A stretch of 64,000 nucleotides of DNA from Paragordius varius. Its lineage: Eukaryota; Animalia; Nematomorpha. The stretch lies in contig OZ176052.1 in assembly GCA_964247055.1 (NCBI GenBank), positions 620,001 to 684,000 on the forward strand, given 5' to 3'. How positions within the stretch are numbered: position 1 is the first letter of the stretch; each line of letters starts with the position of its first letter. The position numbers were made by a program, and so were the translations under genes. Shown one piece after another: positions 1-13,297 of the stretch. The notes under the pieces were generated by a model that did no database searches, had not been told where the DNA came from, and saw nothing but the letters and a program-made list of their open reading frames with translations.

Positions 1-737
1 TTATATTTTTTCGTTTTGTCCGTATAATTTGAATTTTTGCTTTGTATATTATTGCATATACTAAAATATTATAGTTTTTAGAGTTAATTAACCTATAGTT
101 ATCTCAATATTTAGCCAAAATTTTATCGCTGTCCCTAATAGTCCACATACCCTATAATGGTGTGTATGTTGCATTTTCTCAATTGTCTTTTAATGTAAAT
201 TGAAATGTATAATATTAAAGCCTTCACATTTTATATGTTTTTTTATTTGAACCTAGTAGCCTAATGTACTCAAACCGCTATACTCGCATAGTTTTTATTT
301 TTATTTCCTATTTAATAAAAATTTTTGTTAATAGATATTTAAGGTAAAAGAAATCTTAATAGTTATTTTGATTCCATATAATTATTATCATGCTGCAAAA
401 TGGTTTAAAGTTATTTATTATCTGATTTTATATGCATTTCAGTTGGATATATATAAGAGAGCTAAAGATATTTAATAATGTAAAGACTGAAAATAATTTT
501 GGTAACATATATTTTTTCATTTATTGATAAAAAAATACAGTTCGGCTCTTTCTTCCTCTTTTTAATAAAGGGCAAAGAATTATATCAGGACTCGTCAAAG
601 CTTTAACAATCGCCTGCTTAGGGCTGACAGTGATAATGGAAAAAATGCGCTGTTTCGAGTTTCGACTCTAGCACTTGACAGACAAAAATTCGGCTTTCAT
701 TTATAATTATTTGGCCGATTTTAATTATAAAAATAAT

Positions 738-1010
738 ACTGTAAAAATTAAAATTATACAGACAAACCTGAAAATATAAAAACAAATATTTTTTTCAAAT
801 GACAACCAACCATACTTTTTTCCTAATAATTTATTTAATTCCCATTCTTTAATATAATTAATTGTGTTACCAATATACATCTCCATTTCATACTGGGTAA
901 TTTTAAACAATGGCTTATATTTCAAAAAATGGAGAGTAAAAAAAGTATGGTTGTTTTTTTGGAAAAAAATATTTGTCTTTATATTTTTACGTTTTGTCCG
1001 TATTTAATTT
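738..1010. mobile_element. MITE family 1 (TIR TACAGTAAAAATTGAAATTATACGGACAAAACGTAAAAATATAAAGACAAATATTTTTT...), Tc1/mariner-like
   Basis: Inverted ~80-bp ends. The family also occurs at 1-50, ~15845-16090, 16519-16815, ~16960-17250, 23711-23946, ~29660-30040, 30880-31143, 48712-48992, 49194-49461, ~51300, 53164-53455, ~55566 and ~63660-63752. Confidence 0.75.
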
Positions 1011-1061
1011 TTAGCTAATTATTTTATTAAATTTTACCATATTTGTTAATTATATCGATAG

Positions 1062-4000
1062 GAACCCATTTGCCAACATAAATCATCAATACAATCAACA
1101 TTTTTATGGTGAGGACCATGGTATGGGTAGCTCTTTACCCATTACCCATAATACTTTGGGGGAACTAACTCCAAAAATGTCTGAAAATCTTGTTAATATT
1201 TCTGCTAAGAATGGTGAACGAGAGAATATGCCTACTCATTTTGCTGCAAAGTTTTCTGGTTTCATATCCTCCTATCCCATGGCAAACAAACATTATCGAG
1301 CCAGTAGTAACCTTAAAAGTCATCACAAGAACAATAATGGTTATGATATGGAACAAGAACTTGTAAAGCATAATGTAGCCTATGAACATACGGAAGATGC
1401 CATTGTGTTTCGGAAAGGACTTAGTTTACAGAACACAGTCAGGTGTATATATATATATATATATAATATGTTATAGCGTGTCAAATTTAGGGTTAAAAAT
1501 GTGGTTTTATTATTATATGGTATTTTTGGATTCTCTTCTTTCAGAATCCAAAATCGGAGATCATTAACTGGAAAAATTAATTAAGCAGTAAGATGTTTTT
1601 AAATTTTCGTTATAATTCTTATTTATCTAAAATTGCTAAACTTTGAAAATCAATAAAAATACTAAAATACATAAATTAAGCTGTACGACATTTACAAGAT
1701 AAAGCGTTTAAAATAAAAATCAAATTTTATGAAATAGAATTAAAAAGCATATGCCGTAAATTTTTGGTTATGGGCGTTTTAAATACAAAAAATTAAGCTA
1801 AATTATAAAAACTTTAGATTATTTACGTTGATCCCTAAGCTCGGTGCTTGAGATAGAAATTAAATTAAGATTCTAATTTCTATAATAAAATACATTTATG
1901 CACCAAATGTAAAAATGCTTCATGGTTAATAAAAACTAAGTTGGGTCTTAATTGATCCTAAAAGCATATTATTTCTCCATCTCAGGTACTAAACGGGTTA
2001 ATCAGATGTTTTAATTAACAAATTATATATGGATCTGCTAAAAAGCGTTTTTATAATGGATATTAGTTTTTTAGAACTTTAAAACCCCCATAGAAAATTT
2101 TACCTAATTTTTAATACATTTGATCTTATGGCAAATATCTAAATTTTGCATTTTGAACGCTTTTTTATAAACGTCAGAGCTTATTGAAACACAAATTTTA
2201 AAATCTATTATCTATTAGTTCGTAAAGTTGTAGCTATTTTGATCCATAAATAAATATATTGGTGTAATCATACAAAAACAGTTGACTTAATTTATTTTCC
2301 TTGTATGGAATTTGACCCCCTTAAAGCTGATGAGTTTTCGTATTCAAAAATATAATAATTTGGCCTACATTTTTGATCCTATATTTGACACATTCTATAT
2401 ATATATATATATTATATTAATTTTAAACATTATATCCGTTATAAATCGAGAAAAATTAAAGTTAAATCTTGACTCATAGGTATATTGGACATTATATATT
2501 AAATAAACACAAATCCATTTACCCATATTACAAAAAATTTCATCCTCCTAAAAAGCTATAAATGTTTAAAATAAAGCAATTTTGCATATAACACTTAAAA
2601 TTTTATATAGAGTTTTTAATACATTTGTCCATTATTATAGTTTAACTAAATTATCACAATTCCAGCCGATACCGATCAAATTTGGATAATAAAAGGCTTA
2701 CGAGATACCCAAAAATGAATTATATTAAATCGCATTTTAACGGCTAAAATGTTTCTTTGAAAACTTCGTCTTTTGCCCTTTAATGAACCCAAAATCTTTA
2801 AGATCTGTTTTGCACCAAAAATGCCCAAATAACCCACGCCTAAGACATTTAATTTCGAATGGATATCTAAAATAATATAGCTTATGATAATTTATTTTTG
2901 GTACACCGCCTGATATATAAAACTGTTACTTTTAAGCGCAAATATGACGCGCGCACAATAATATTATATTATTTTATTTATGTTTTAATATTACAGTGAG
3001 AATGGGGATAAGAAAAATGCGTCTTTAACGGAATCGAATGACGAGACTCAGCCTAAAGACAATAGTATTTCAAATGCGGTATGCCACACCACAATTAATA
3101 GCTCTCAGATTAATAGTTCAGGAAACGCGGGACAAACTTTTACTACTGCGCATAGTATAGATGGACGTACTATAGGTTACCACCAGAAAAGGTAAATATT
3201 ATTTGGTTCGATGAAAATTTAACCATAAAAATAGTAATAGGCTTGGTGTATACTGGATTTTAGATAATATTAATCATTAATATTGTGTTGTAATCTGATA
3301 TTTAGCTGTGCGAGATTTTTTCACCTGATATATATTAGAGGCGCGACAAAATTGGGTAAAGTATGGATAAAATTTTGAAGGTAACTCAATTCTTATAATT
3401 TTATGGTTAACATTTATCCAGCTGTAAAGTAATCCAAAATTTATCCAAAAAATCAGCTCATTATGCCGAAAATTTTAAGAAAAAAGGGCAAATATAATAT
3501 GACATAGGATATAACTAAAATTGAATATTTTCTGATTTTATTAATTTACTAGCGTAAATCTCGTGCTGCTACGCAGCCCGAGGAAGTCCTTCGGACTTCT
3601 GGGGAGGGGGGGCGGAGGGGGGAATGGCATTTTACGGGGTGAGAGGGTAAAAAGTGGGACTAAATTAAAAAAGCGAGAGGTCCAACACGTTCTCCGGAAA
3701 ATTGACTTAACCCATTTTTCACACGGGGTGGGCCCGAACTGGAGACCTAATTCCAAAAAAGGGCGAAGCTATTGTCGGGGCATTCATTAATGATTATATT
3801 TTTTCGATATTTTGATTTGATTGGGTTCACCGCTTTTCCGGAAACAGATCACAAAGTTACATGAAAAATCAGTTTTTAGCGGGTATCTCCTTACCCAGCA
3901 GCTATCATCATAGAAACGCTTGACTAAAATTTTTGCCTTTTAACAGGGAATACGTGGAATCTTTAATGAATTTTTACGGTCTCATACCTATGGCGAAAAA

Positions 4001-7000
4001 TCGATTTTAAAAATTATTTTTGTGGACTTTGTTTTTTGAAAAAAATGGCATTTTATGGGGGTAGCGGGTAAGAGGAGGGCCTAAATCAAAAAAGTGGCTC
4101 GACTATGTTCGGCGCGATCAAAAATAAGTAAACAAAAATTATATTTGAAATTGAATAGTCCAACACGTTCTCCAGAAAATTGTCTCAAAGACACGATTTT
4201 TGTGGACTTCTGTTTTCAAAAAAAACCCGTTTTTCATACGGGGTGGGCCCGAACTGGGGGCCTATTTCAAAAAAAGGGCGAAGCTATTGTCGGGACATTT
4301 ATTAATGATTATATTTTTTCGATATTTGGATTTGATTGGGTCTACCGGTTTTCCTGTACCAGATCACAAAGCCAGCATTTTCCATTTTTATAAATATATA
4401 GATTATACAAAGTAGCCTAATTTGGGTTAAAAACAGTTCTTCCCAAAAAAAGTTTTTGATGATTTTTTGAAATGGGCCAATATGGAACTAAACATAACTC
4501 TTTAAACAGGCCCAAAAACAAATTTTACAACAGAATTTTAATACTTTGTTTAGACTGGGAAAACACCTTTTCAAATTTCGTCCTGAGTTATGTGAGTTAC
4601 GTTGTAAATTTATAATATATTAAATACAGTAAATTAACCTTTTTATGTTATAAGATTCATAAAACGAACAATTTAGATTAGCTTGATATATAGACAAATA
4701 TGAAATAGCATTGTGATCTGTCGAAAGCATTTTGTTTAATTTGTTACCAAGCATATATATAGCTTAAATATTTCAGTATATATATATATTGTAGCCGTAG
4801 AGTTGGGTATGACTGCTTAAGACCGTGATGTCACCACTTATAATAAGAACCAGTCGTAAACTTTCATTCATGTTTATCACCTGTTAAAATTAATGGACAT
4901 AAAATAATGGAATCACATTTATATTTAATAGAAGATAAACTACTAAATTTTAATATTATATCTTACATTACTTAATAAACCTATTAAACCAATGTGGAAG
5001 GTTAATATCATTTTGTTTGTTTTAGTTTTAACAAATTTTTTAGAAATAATTATTTATTATGACCATAATGATTGCATTTACAAGTAGCGATTAGGCCCAT
5101 TACCATGTGGAAATCGGTCTAACCCTAGCCCTTGTGGCAAGTTTTGTCGAAAAAACATTTAGAACATTTTCAATAATGCTTATATTTATATACCATTTTT
5201 CAAATTCATCTTAAAAATAAGTTTTCGAGCTAATGTAACTCATCATAATAATGGAATATATCTTATTGGCATAGTATATTTTGCTATTATTTAATTTAAA
5301 CAAATTTCATTAAAAAAATATAAAAAAATCTAATAAGTTTTTATTTTAAAAAACACTTAATTTCTTTATGGGGAATTTGAATTGTTCGAGGGTAATTTGA
5401 ATAGTTAAAGGGTAAATTGAACTGTTAATGGTATATTAGAGCCAATGATGGTATTTACAACCATCATGCATACAGAAAGGATAGAAACAACAACTTTAAA
5501 CCCAATCAACAAATAATGAACAAAAACAATTATCCGAGATCCAATCTGGAAAATGCCTACAACATGAGAGGACAACCCGATGAAGATTACAATTACAATA
5601 GATTTGAATCAAAAAATTACTTTCAGAATTCGCGTGCATTTAGATACTCAATCAATCATTACTCTACCTCTAACGGATCAAAGATGTTTGATCAAAAAAT
5701 GTTGAGTAGCCACCACCAATCATTTAACATGGACAAAAACGCCTTCGAAACAGATTTATATCCCACAAAACAAATGTATAATGGATATGTTAACAATATT
5801 CAACCGCAAAACTCAATAAGTCCCGGGAAAATATATTATAATAACCATTATCATCATGGTTTGGATGAAAATTGCGATTTTAGTACTTATCCTCCCCCTT
5901 TAATTAATTGGGCAAACGATGAGAATATGTAAGTTGATTTTTTATAAATTTTATTATACCCCGGTTCTTTGCTTGTCAATTAAAAATGTTTTAATTAAAC
6001 CCTTTTTCAATCAAATACAACATTTTTCTATTTTTCATTTAAAAACACACTCTATTCAAAAACCACACTCGCATAAAAGTCAATTGTTGATACTATGTTG
6101 TTTTTGAATGTTGCTTTTATAATGTTGAAAATGAATAAAAACACAAAGAAACACGCTTTTATTTATAATAAAAAATGGTTTACAAAGTGTTTGGTAGAGG
6201 TACACCATTTCAATAGCAATTTTTCTTAAATTGCAATAATATATAAAATCGGGTTATAATGGCAATGGATTAAATTTATAAAAAATTGTCCCACTACATT
6301 TTTTACCCACTTTTTATCGGTTTATAATGGCTAATGAAATAATATGGCCGTATTATAGTGTATTCTGTTTTAATTTAGAGGACTATGAATAATAACTTAC
6401 CCAACAATTCAAAATAAGATTAATCAGTGACTAAATTTTTGATATGCGAAAACTTACATACTATGCTAAATATCCCGTTATTATATTAGATATGGGAAAA
6501 TTGAACAAGATCCTAAGCTGATTAGCTTCCCGAATTTAGCAATGGGTATTCAATTTAATAATCCCTTTTCCGCTATCAGTTTCAACCCTTCAAGCAATGT
6601 CCCGTTTGAAGCAAACGCCTTATATACCCCATCTGTATCTTTCCCTGGAAATGTTAATCCCTACACAACAAATTTTAATAGCAACATTGGTGGACCAGAA
6701 CAAATCAATTTAAGCATTAATCATCAGTATTTCAATGGCTTGGGAGACAACTTTAATTTTCTAGGTATGGAACAAACTTCGGCTCCTCAAATTCCAAACT
6801 ATCCAATCATTGAGTTTGGTGCAGCTTTCGATACATACAATTACGAAGATGAATATAATCGATGGCATCCCCGCATTCTAAACGACGAAAACATTAGGGG
6901 AAATAAATCTGATATTGTTGTGTTTGTCACTGAAACTAACAACACCGTAGATGGAAGACGCAATAATATAGTTATGCAGCAAAAAAAGCTGGAAAATCTA

Positions 7001-9557
7001 TGTTTGGATGAAGAACCCCTAATTTCACCTACTACCTTTGAACAAGATTTGACTAATTTAACATCCATATTGAGTGCTAATGCTTCTTGCCTGTTTCAGG
7101 CAAAACCTGCTATAGATAACATGGGAGGTGCTGATATAGTGCGTAAAAATTCGGTTATTATCCGTTTAGAACATGGGATATCTATAGAGGTCTCTCGATT
7201 CGGGCATGTTAGCATAGTCTTGTGTGGTGCACATTTGTTTTCCGGCCCGGGTGGGTTTAAATCAGAAATTAAACATCCCACAGCTCGATTTACCCAGGAG
7301 TCTGTCCAAATTTGGGGATCGGTTTTGGAGGGTCGACGCTTTAAATTTGGTAAGGAGGGTGTCGTATTTTCACCCAATGCGCATCATAATGGCCACCGTA
7401 ACTTATCTTTCTTTGCATCAAATGCAAGAAGCCATGCGCCAAATGGATCTGAGAATGATATTATTGATTACCCCTATGGTCTCGATAATGATATGGATGA
7501 ATGTACCAATGATTTTGCATATCTACTTGGGGACAAAGAGTTCAAAATTGTTTCCGCCTGTATGTTGGCGCCCTCGGCTCCGAACTCCTCGACACAAATT
7601 AATGTAGATAAGCAATCAGAATTAGATACCGAATCTCAGCGGGTTGGCTCGTCTAAGCAAAATATCAATGGTATAAATGATAAAAATAAAGTATCCCTGG
7701 ACTTTGAATCACAAAGCCATGCAAACATAGAGGACATCGAAAAAGAAAATGAATCACCGTCACTTATCAGTATAAAAGGTAAATTTTCTGGTAGGCTTGA
7801 TTATATTTCTTGATATTTTATAGCTTGCTTGGTATGTTTAGTTGTAATCACTATTTTCACAATATGTTTTAATTAAATTAGATTCCTTTTCATTCTTGAC
7901 TCAACCACAGTCCAACAATGCATCGATAGTGAATTCGACCCTTCTTTCCAACGAAGAAGCTAATAATATAACTGGGATGGCTTTCGAAAAATCATCTTCA
8001 TCGTCAGGAACACGGTCAAATTCTAATGTGCCTTTGGGAACCAGCAGTAGTCTCAATGAGAGTAGCTCTGGGGACAGTTCTGTCAACATACACGTTCAGT
8101 TAAATAAAATTAATTTTGGCATGATAAAAGTTGGGACAAATTTGGTTGATCTTAAGCATTTGAGTAAGGCTTTAAGTGGGGGAGCACCCCTTGCTACATC
8201 TATTAATGCTATACGATTGGAAGAAATTAAAGCAGCTTCGTCCCCAATAATACCGCCAAATTCAATTACAAATACTTCAGAAGTAACCTGCGATCCTCAC
8301 AATAAATTGCCAAAAGATAAGTTGAGTTCATGTACCAATTGTGGATGCCAAATTGAGTCATCATCAAACGTTGCTGCATTAGTAAACCATGTAATACAAA
8401 GTGAAGTTATGGACGGTGAAACAAAATGCTCAAATTGCCAAAAATCAGGAGAGAACCATAAAACGGGTTTTTCAATTCAGCCAGGCTCCAACGAAAATGA
8501 ACTTAACGATGAGGACACAATCAAATCTCCAATGTCTTTGATGATGCAAATTTGCCAAGATGTTTCAGTTCCAAACAGTCGTCAAGATGAAAATTACTTT
8601 ACTCCCGGTAGTATTGAATACTGGATCGAATACCCCAATTATGACGAAAACATTGGAAAAGGACGTAACAAATTCTCAAAATCTCGATTCTGGACTGGCC
8701 CACATCTTTTTGTTCGCGTAGGACATTATTTTATGTTGGATCAGGATTTGGTAACTGGGAAGGTTGATTTGTGTGAAAGAAAACGGCACATTATAGTCAA
8801 TCCTGAAACACGTGGGTTTTATCTGGTGAGCCCATTCATTGAATTTATGTGCGATGTGACTGGCAAAGTGGCTATAAAACGCGGAGAAAGAAATTTATAC
8901 GCCACATGTCAAGAATTTACGATAAAGACAGAATGTCTGACCGCAGGATTTGATCACAAAGGCATGTTTTACATGGTAAAGCATGATAAAAACCACCCAA
9001 ACCATGTTGAAGAAGCTGAAAATAAAGGGGACAGGGACAAGCTGGATAAAATGTGTGCTGATGATGTTCATTCCAACAAAACATCCATTGAAGTGTCTCC
9101 AATGCAATCGACCCCTCTATTATCAAACAAAATAATACTTAATCCCGATTTAAAAACTGTTGACAATGAAACCTCCGAAAAACAATCAAAGACAATGATA
9201 AATCACTCTGATAGCAATATATGTGTTACGAGAAAAGAATCAAAACTTTCGCTGAAACTTTTGTTGCGAGAAACTCGGAGTCAAGTACAATGGTTTGAAG
9301 TTGATCAAAGTGATTCTTTTATCATGGATTTAATAAACACTAGTGGTAAAAATGGGAAAAGAGCAAAAAGATGGGGGGACAAACCATTTACACTAAAAAC
9401 TGCCACAGCTCCTTTAATGAATGTAGGTTTTAAAAGACGTCAGTTTTTTCAAAGCATGAGTTACCATGATTTAGAACGGAGAAATCTAAATCGCAATTTA
9501 TTGAACCCAAAACACAATTATAAACGTAGGAGATTTGTTGAAAGTGAATATCATTGA
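1062..9557 (+). CDS. Large uncharacterised protein (>1340 aa, 5' exon(s) not identified); exons 1062-1442, 2997-3191, 5440-5928, 6490-7778, 7882-9557
   Basis: Five open exons join in frame through GT-AG introns (phases 2,2,2,1) and include the 423-aa and 553-aa ORFs. N/S-rich low-complexity stretches are separated by beta-rich globular-looking blocks. No family recognised with certainty. Confidence 0.75.
3555..4380 (+). repeat. Relatively GC-rich tandem duplication (~480-bp period) in an intron; origin unknown
   Basis: GTCCAACACGTTCTCC..ACGGGGTGGGCCCGAACTGG..AAAAAAGGGCGAAGCTATTGTCGGG..TTAATGATTATATTTTTTCGATATT..CAGATCACAAAG occurs at ~3680-3857 and ~4159-4370. Confidence 0.8.
5191..5434. mobile_element. 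MITE family 2 copy ending 5 nt before an acceptor
   Basis: TACCATT at 5191; ...GAACTGTTAATGGTA|TATTAG| then the exon at 5440. Confidence 0.75.
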
Positions 9558-11569
9558 AATTTTTTAGTTATATACATATATATATTGATTTACATATTTA
9601 ATAAAATTATAAAATACAATTTTTTCTATTTAATTCTTGTTAAAATATATATACAAAAGGTATTTTAGTTGATTTTTAAAGGTAAACATAAAAATTAATA
9701 GCCAAAATCTATAAAATCCTGTCAAAAGTAAAGTTAACATTAAATATTAGACGTTGTGATGGTGTCTTCAGTTTAATATATCTATTGTTTTTTAAAGCTA
9801 ATTTTTGTATTTTAACCATCGAAATAACTGTTTGTGCAATTTATTTATTTACTATTTTTATTGACTTTGACAAACCAGCCTACTAAATCAAATTAAAATT
9901 GAATAAAATATTCCGTATAAAACGCTTTGAATTCATTTATATGTAATCATTCTTAAAGAAAGCTTTATTAAGCGTGTAGCCCAACAATACCCTCATATAA
10001 GTGTTAGATTAATGCATTAAAGGTGATGGCCATAATTTATTTTGATAAATTTACTATTTTCTTGCAGTTAATAATCTGTTTTGCAAACTTTTGTTTTACC
10101 AAGAGAGCGGAACACAGAGGCAATACTGAAAAGGATCCACCATGATCAGTGGAAATAAATTTTAAGAATATTTAATTTTAATGGATACCCGAAATGTTGA
10201 TTGGTAAAAATCAAATATATGATAGGTGGGAGCGTATTTAACCTAAAGTGGTACTACTTCTTATTTAAGGATGTCCCTTTGCAAGCCTAGATAAATTCAT
10301 CAATATTTGACTATAAAGCGCATTCTAAAATATAATAATATGCATGTTATCTCTAACACTGTTATAAAAAACACGGTTTTGGCCACTAGTATTAAAAAAA
10401 CTTAATTTTTTGGAGCGCGAGGAAAACATGGGTTAACTTTAAAATGGGCCACACTTTGATCAATATAAATGAGTATTGACTATAAGAGAATTGTAAATAT
10501 AAAATGAAATAATTAAGATAATAGCAGGACAACGAATAATTTTAATGGATTATAATTTAATTTTTTTTCTATTTTCGACATGAAAAATTCAATAATAAAA
10601 AGACAAATATGCTGTTTTGACTATGGATTCCTAATTATAATCGAAAAGCTCTTAATATCTGAAAATTTATAACAGTCGATAAGTTTTTTGGGCTTTGGTT
10701 TATGACAATATAACAATCGTCATATTTATTAATTAAAAAATTAGTCTTCCTTTAAAAATAATTTAGATTTTATAAGTGGTAGTTTCAGAATAAATTAATA
10801 AGTCCGGTAGAAAATTATAATACCATAGGGAATTCTAAAGGAAATGTAAAAATTATTGACAACCCTTTTCCAAAATTAACACTTCATGACCTTTTGGAGT
10901 AGTTTTACTCTCCGAGACCAATAAAAACTTTAATATCTAAAAAAATATTTTTAGTTTGGCGAAATTTGAAAAAATACTTCCTTAGTCTTTTAGAAGCATA
11001 AAACAGAAAATTTTTTTTTAATAGTTAAATTTAAAAAAACCCCATCTCAAACTTTTTTGCCGCCATTATTTTTTTTTCATCGCTAATGCAACAAATAAAG
11101 ATATGTATATTATGGTTAGAAAGTTAATAAAATTAACTTTAAAAAGCTTTCAAGCTACATTTTCCAGCAAATATTGATATTTCTTGATTTCAATATCATC
11201 TGGTCGTTTCCGTCGTGTTTTGGAGCTATTTAAATTTTAACCTAGAGATATCAGATTTCTAGTAAAAATATAAGCTATACCATATACAATGCTTAATAAT
11301 TATATTTGGAAAAACGCAATAAAATGTTAAGATAATAATTTTCATTTTAAAATACATAATGGCTTATCTAGAGCCTGCATTGTTACAAATAATAATTAAT
11401 CAAAGTTGGACTGGGATAGTAAATTACCTAAATTTGTAAAGTTAAATAATATTTGCTATTAACGCAAATTATTAGTTTAATTTAAAATAATAAACAAACC
11501 ATATTTCATTAAAAACAAAAATTTTTTTCCTGTAAATTTAGGTAAATATACAAAAACATATTTTAACAT

Positions 11570-13230
11570 TTGGATACAACACATTCATTTTAGTCATTCG
11601 ATATAAATTGGGGTAATTAAATGCTTGTTCAAAATTAAATTCTTTAAAAAATATGAAAGGTATCAAAACCATGGCAAAATTATGCACTTATATAACATTA
11701 ACACTTGGATACAACACACTCATTTTAGTCCTTTGATTCAAATTGGGGTAGTTGGATACCCCAGGCCGTTTAAAATTAAATACTTTACAAAGTATGGAAG
11801 CAATCGAAACCATAACAAAATTTTGCTCTTATATAACATTAGTAAACCGAAATATATAAAAAATTTTATTCAAAAATACTTGATATTACTTATTTTGAGC
11901 TAAAACTGAAAGGTAAAAATTTAGTCAACGTGACATGTGTCAAATTGTAAAATTGAAAAAATTACAAAATAAACCGCTTTTTCTATTTCTATCAATGTTA
12001 GATGTAATTTATATAACAAATAAGCTTTAGTTTTACCCTTAAAATTAAATGAAGACGATATTTTGCAAAATTTTTGTAAAATAAAAATGGCGTCGAAATA
12101 GTTTGAGATGGAACTTTTTTTTCAAAACAAAATTTTATCAAGATATTTTGGCATATTTAATATTTATCAGGAAAGAAGCATAAATTTAAATTGGGACCGT
12201 TAGTAGTTTTTTAAAAACTTTAATTTAAATTTAGTCTTGGGTATTCAGATACCCCAATTTAAATGGAAGTGTTAATAAACCGAAATATATAACAAATTTA
12301 TTTAAAAATACATGATATCACTTATTTTAGGCTAAAACCAAAAGGTAAAAATTTAGTTAACGTGACATGTGTGTAAGGGTAAAATTCAAAAATAATAAAC
12401 CGCTTTTTCTATTTCTATCAATGTTAGATGTAATTTAAATAAAAAATTAGCTTTAATTTTACCCTTAACACTTCGATTCAAATTGGGGTATCTAAATACC
12501 CCAGACCATATTTAAATTTATATTTTTTAAAAAAATACTGAAAGAAATGGTCCCAATTTAAATTTATGCTTCTATCCTAATCAAAATTATATAAATAAGC
12601 CGAAATACCTAAATAAAATTTGGTTTTGAAAAAAAACTTCCATAAACTACTTCGACGCCATTTTTATTTTACAGCATTTTTGCAAAATATCGACTTTATT
12701 TGATTTTGAAGCTAAAATGAAAGCTAATCTTTTATTTAAATCACATCTAACATTGATAGAAAAAGAAACATATGTCACGTTGACGAAATTTTTACCTTTC
12801 GGTTTTAGCTTAAAATAAATAATATCAAGTATTTTTGAATAAAATTTTATATATATTTTGGTTTATTAATGTTATAAATATTTTTGCCAAGGTTTCCTTC
12901 TATATTTTTTAAATTATTCAATTTTTAAACAGGCCTGGGGTATCCAACTACCCCAATTTGAATCGAAGAACTAAAATGAATGTGTTGTATCCAAGTGTTA
13001 AAATGATATGAAGACAATTTTTGCAAAATTTTGTAAAATAAAAATGGCGAAGTTGTTTGAAATGAAACTATTTTTTCAAAACAAATTTTTATTTAAATAT
13101 TTTGGCATATCATATAATTTTTATGAAAGCATAAATTTAAATTGACCGTTTCCTTCAGTAGTTTTTTAAGAATCCTAACACAAATTTTGTCTGGGCTATT
13201 TAGATACCCCAATTCGAATCGAAGCGTTAA
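11570..13230. mobile_element. Cluster of piggyBac-like non-autonomous elements (TTAA-flanked, CACTT termini)
   Basis: TTAA|CACTTGGAT (11702) to GGAAGTG|TTAA (12271); an inverted copy TTAA|CACTTCGAT (12469) to CCAAGTG|TTAA (12997); and a third end GAAGCG|TTAA at 13226. Partial internal copies lie at 11570-11615, 12276-12465 and 13010-13226. Confidence 0.7.
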
Positions 13231-13297
13231 AGCCAATTTTCTCATTTTTTTAAAAAATCATACGATCCATTTTTCAAGTGCGAATTTAAAATTTTAA

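Noticed and set aside
560-720. Candidate upstream exon of the orphan gene (acceptor at ~588)
   Set aside because: No phase-2 donor was found to join it to the exon at 1062.
725-925. Recurrent ORF family 'MKYKPLF...MYIGN...WLSFEKNI' (also 16490-16720, 48662-48889, 29716-29910)
   Set aside because: These are chance frames across family-1 MITE copies. They have TTG starts, frameshifts between copies and no transposase motif.
1524-1553. 11-bp perfect hairpin TTTTGGATTCT-N8-AGAATCCAAAA
   Set aside because: It is too short and AT-rich to distinguish from chance in 64 kb.
4790-4865. SINE- or tRNA-like GC-richer patch
   Set aside because: There is no A/B box pair or cloverleaf, and it is single-copy in the window.
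7224-7607. Overlapping alternative-frame and antisense ORFs inside long exons (also 6841-7377, 8895-9126, 20339-20581, 22063-23644, 31112-31685, 50173-51021)
   Set aside because: They are shadows of real coding exons and show no independent motifs.
9960-10330. Slightly GC-richer stretch with splice-like signals between the orphan gene and MGME1
   Set aside because: No frame stays open across the candidate exon. It may be UTR or promoter sequence, but this is unsupported.
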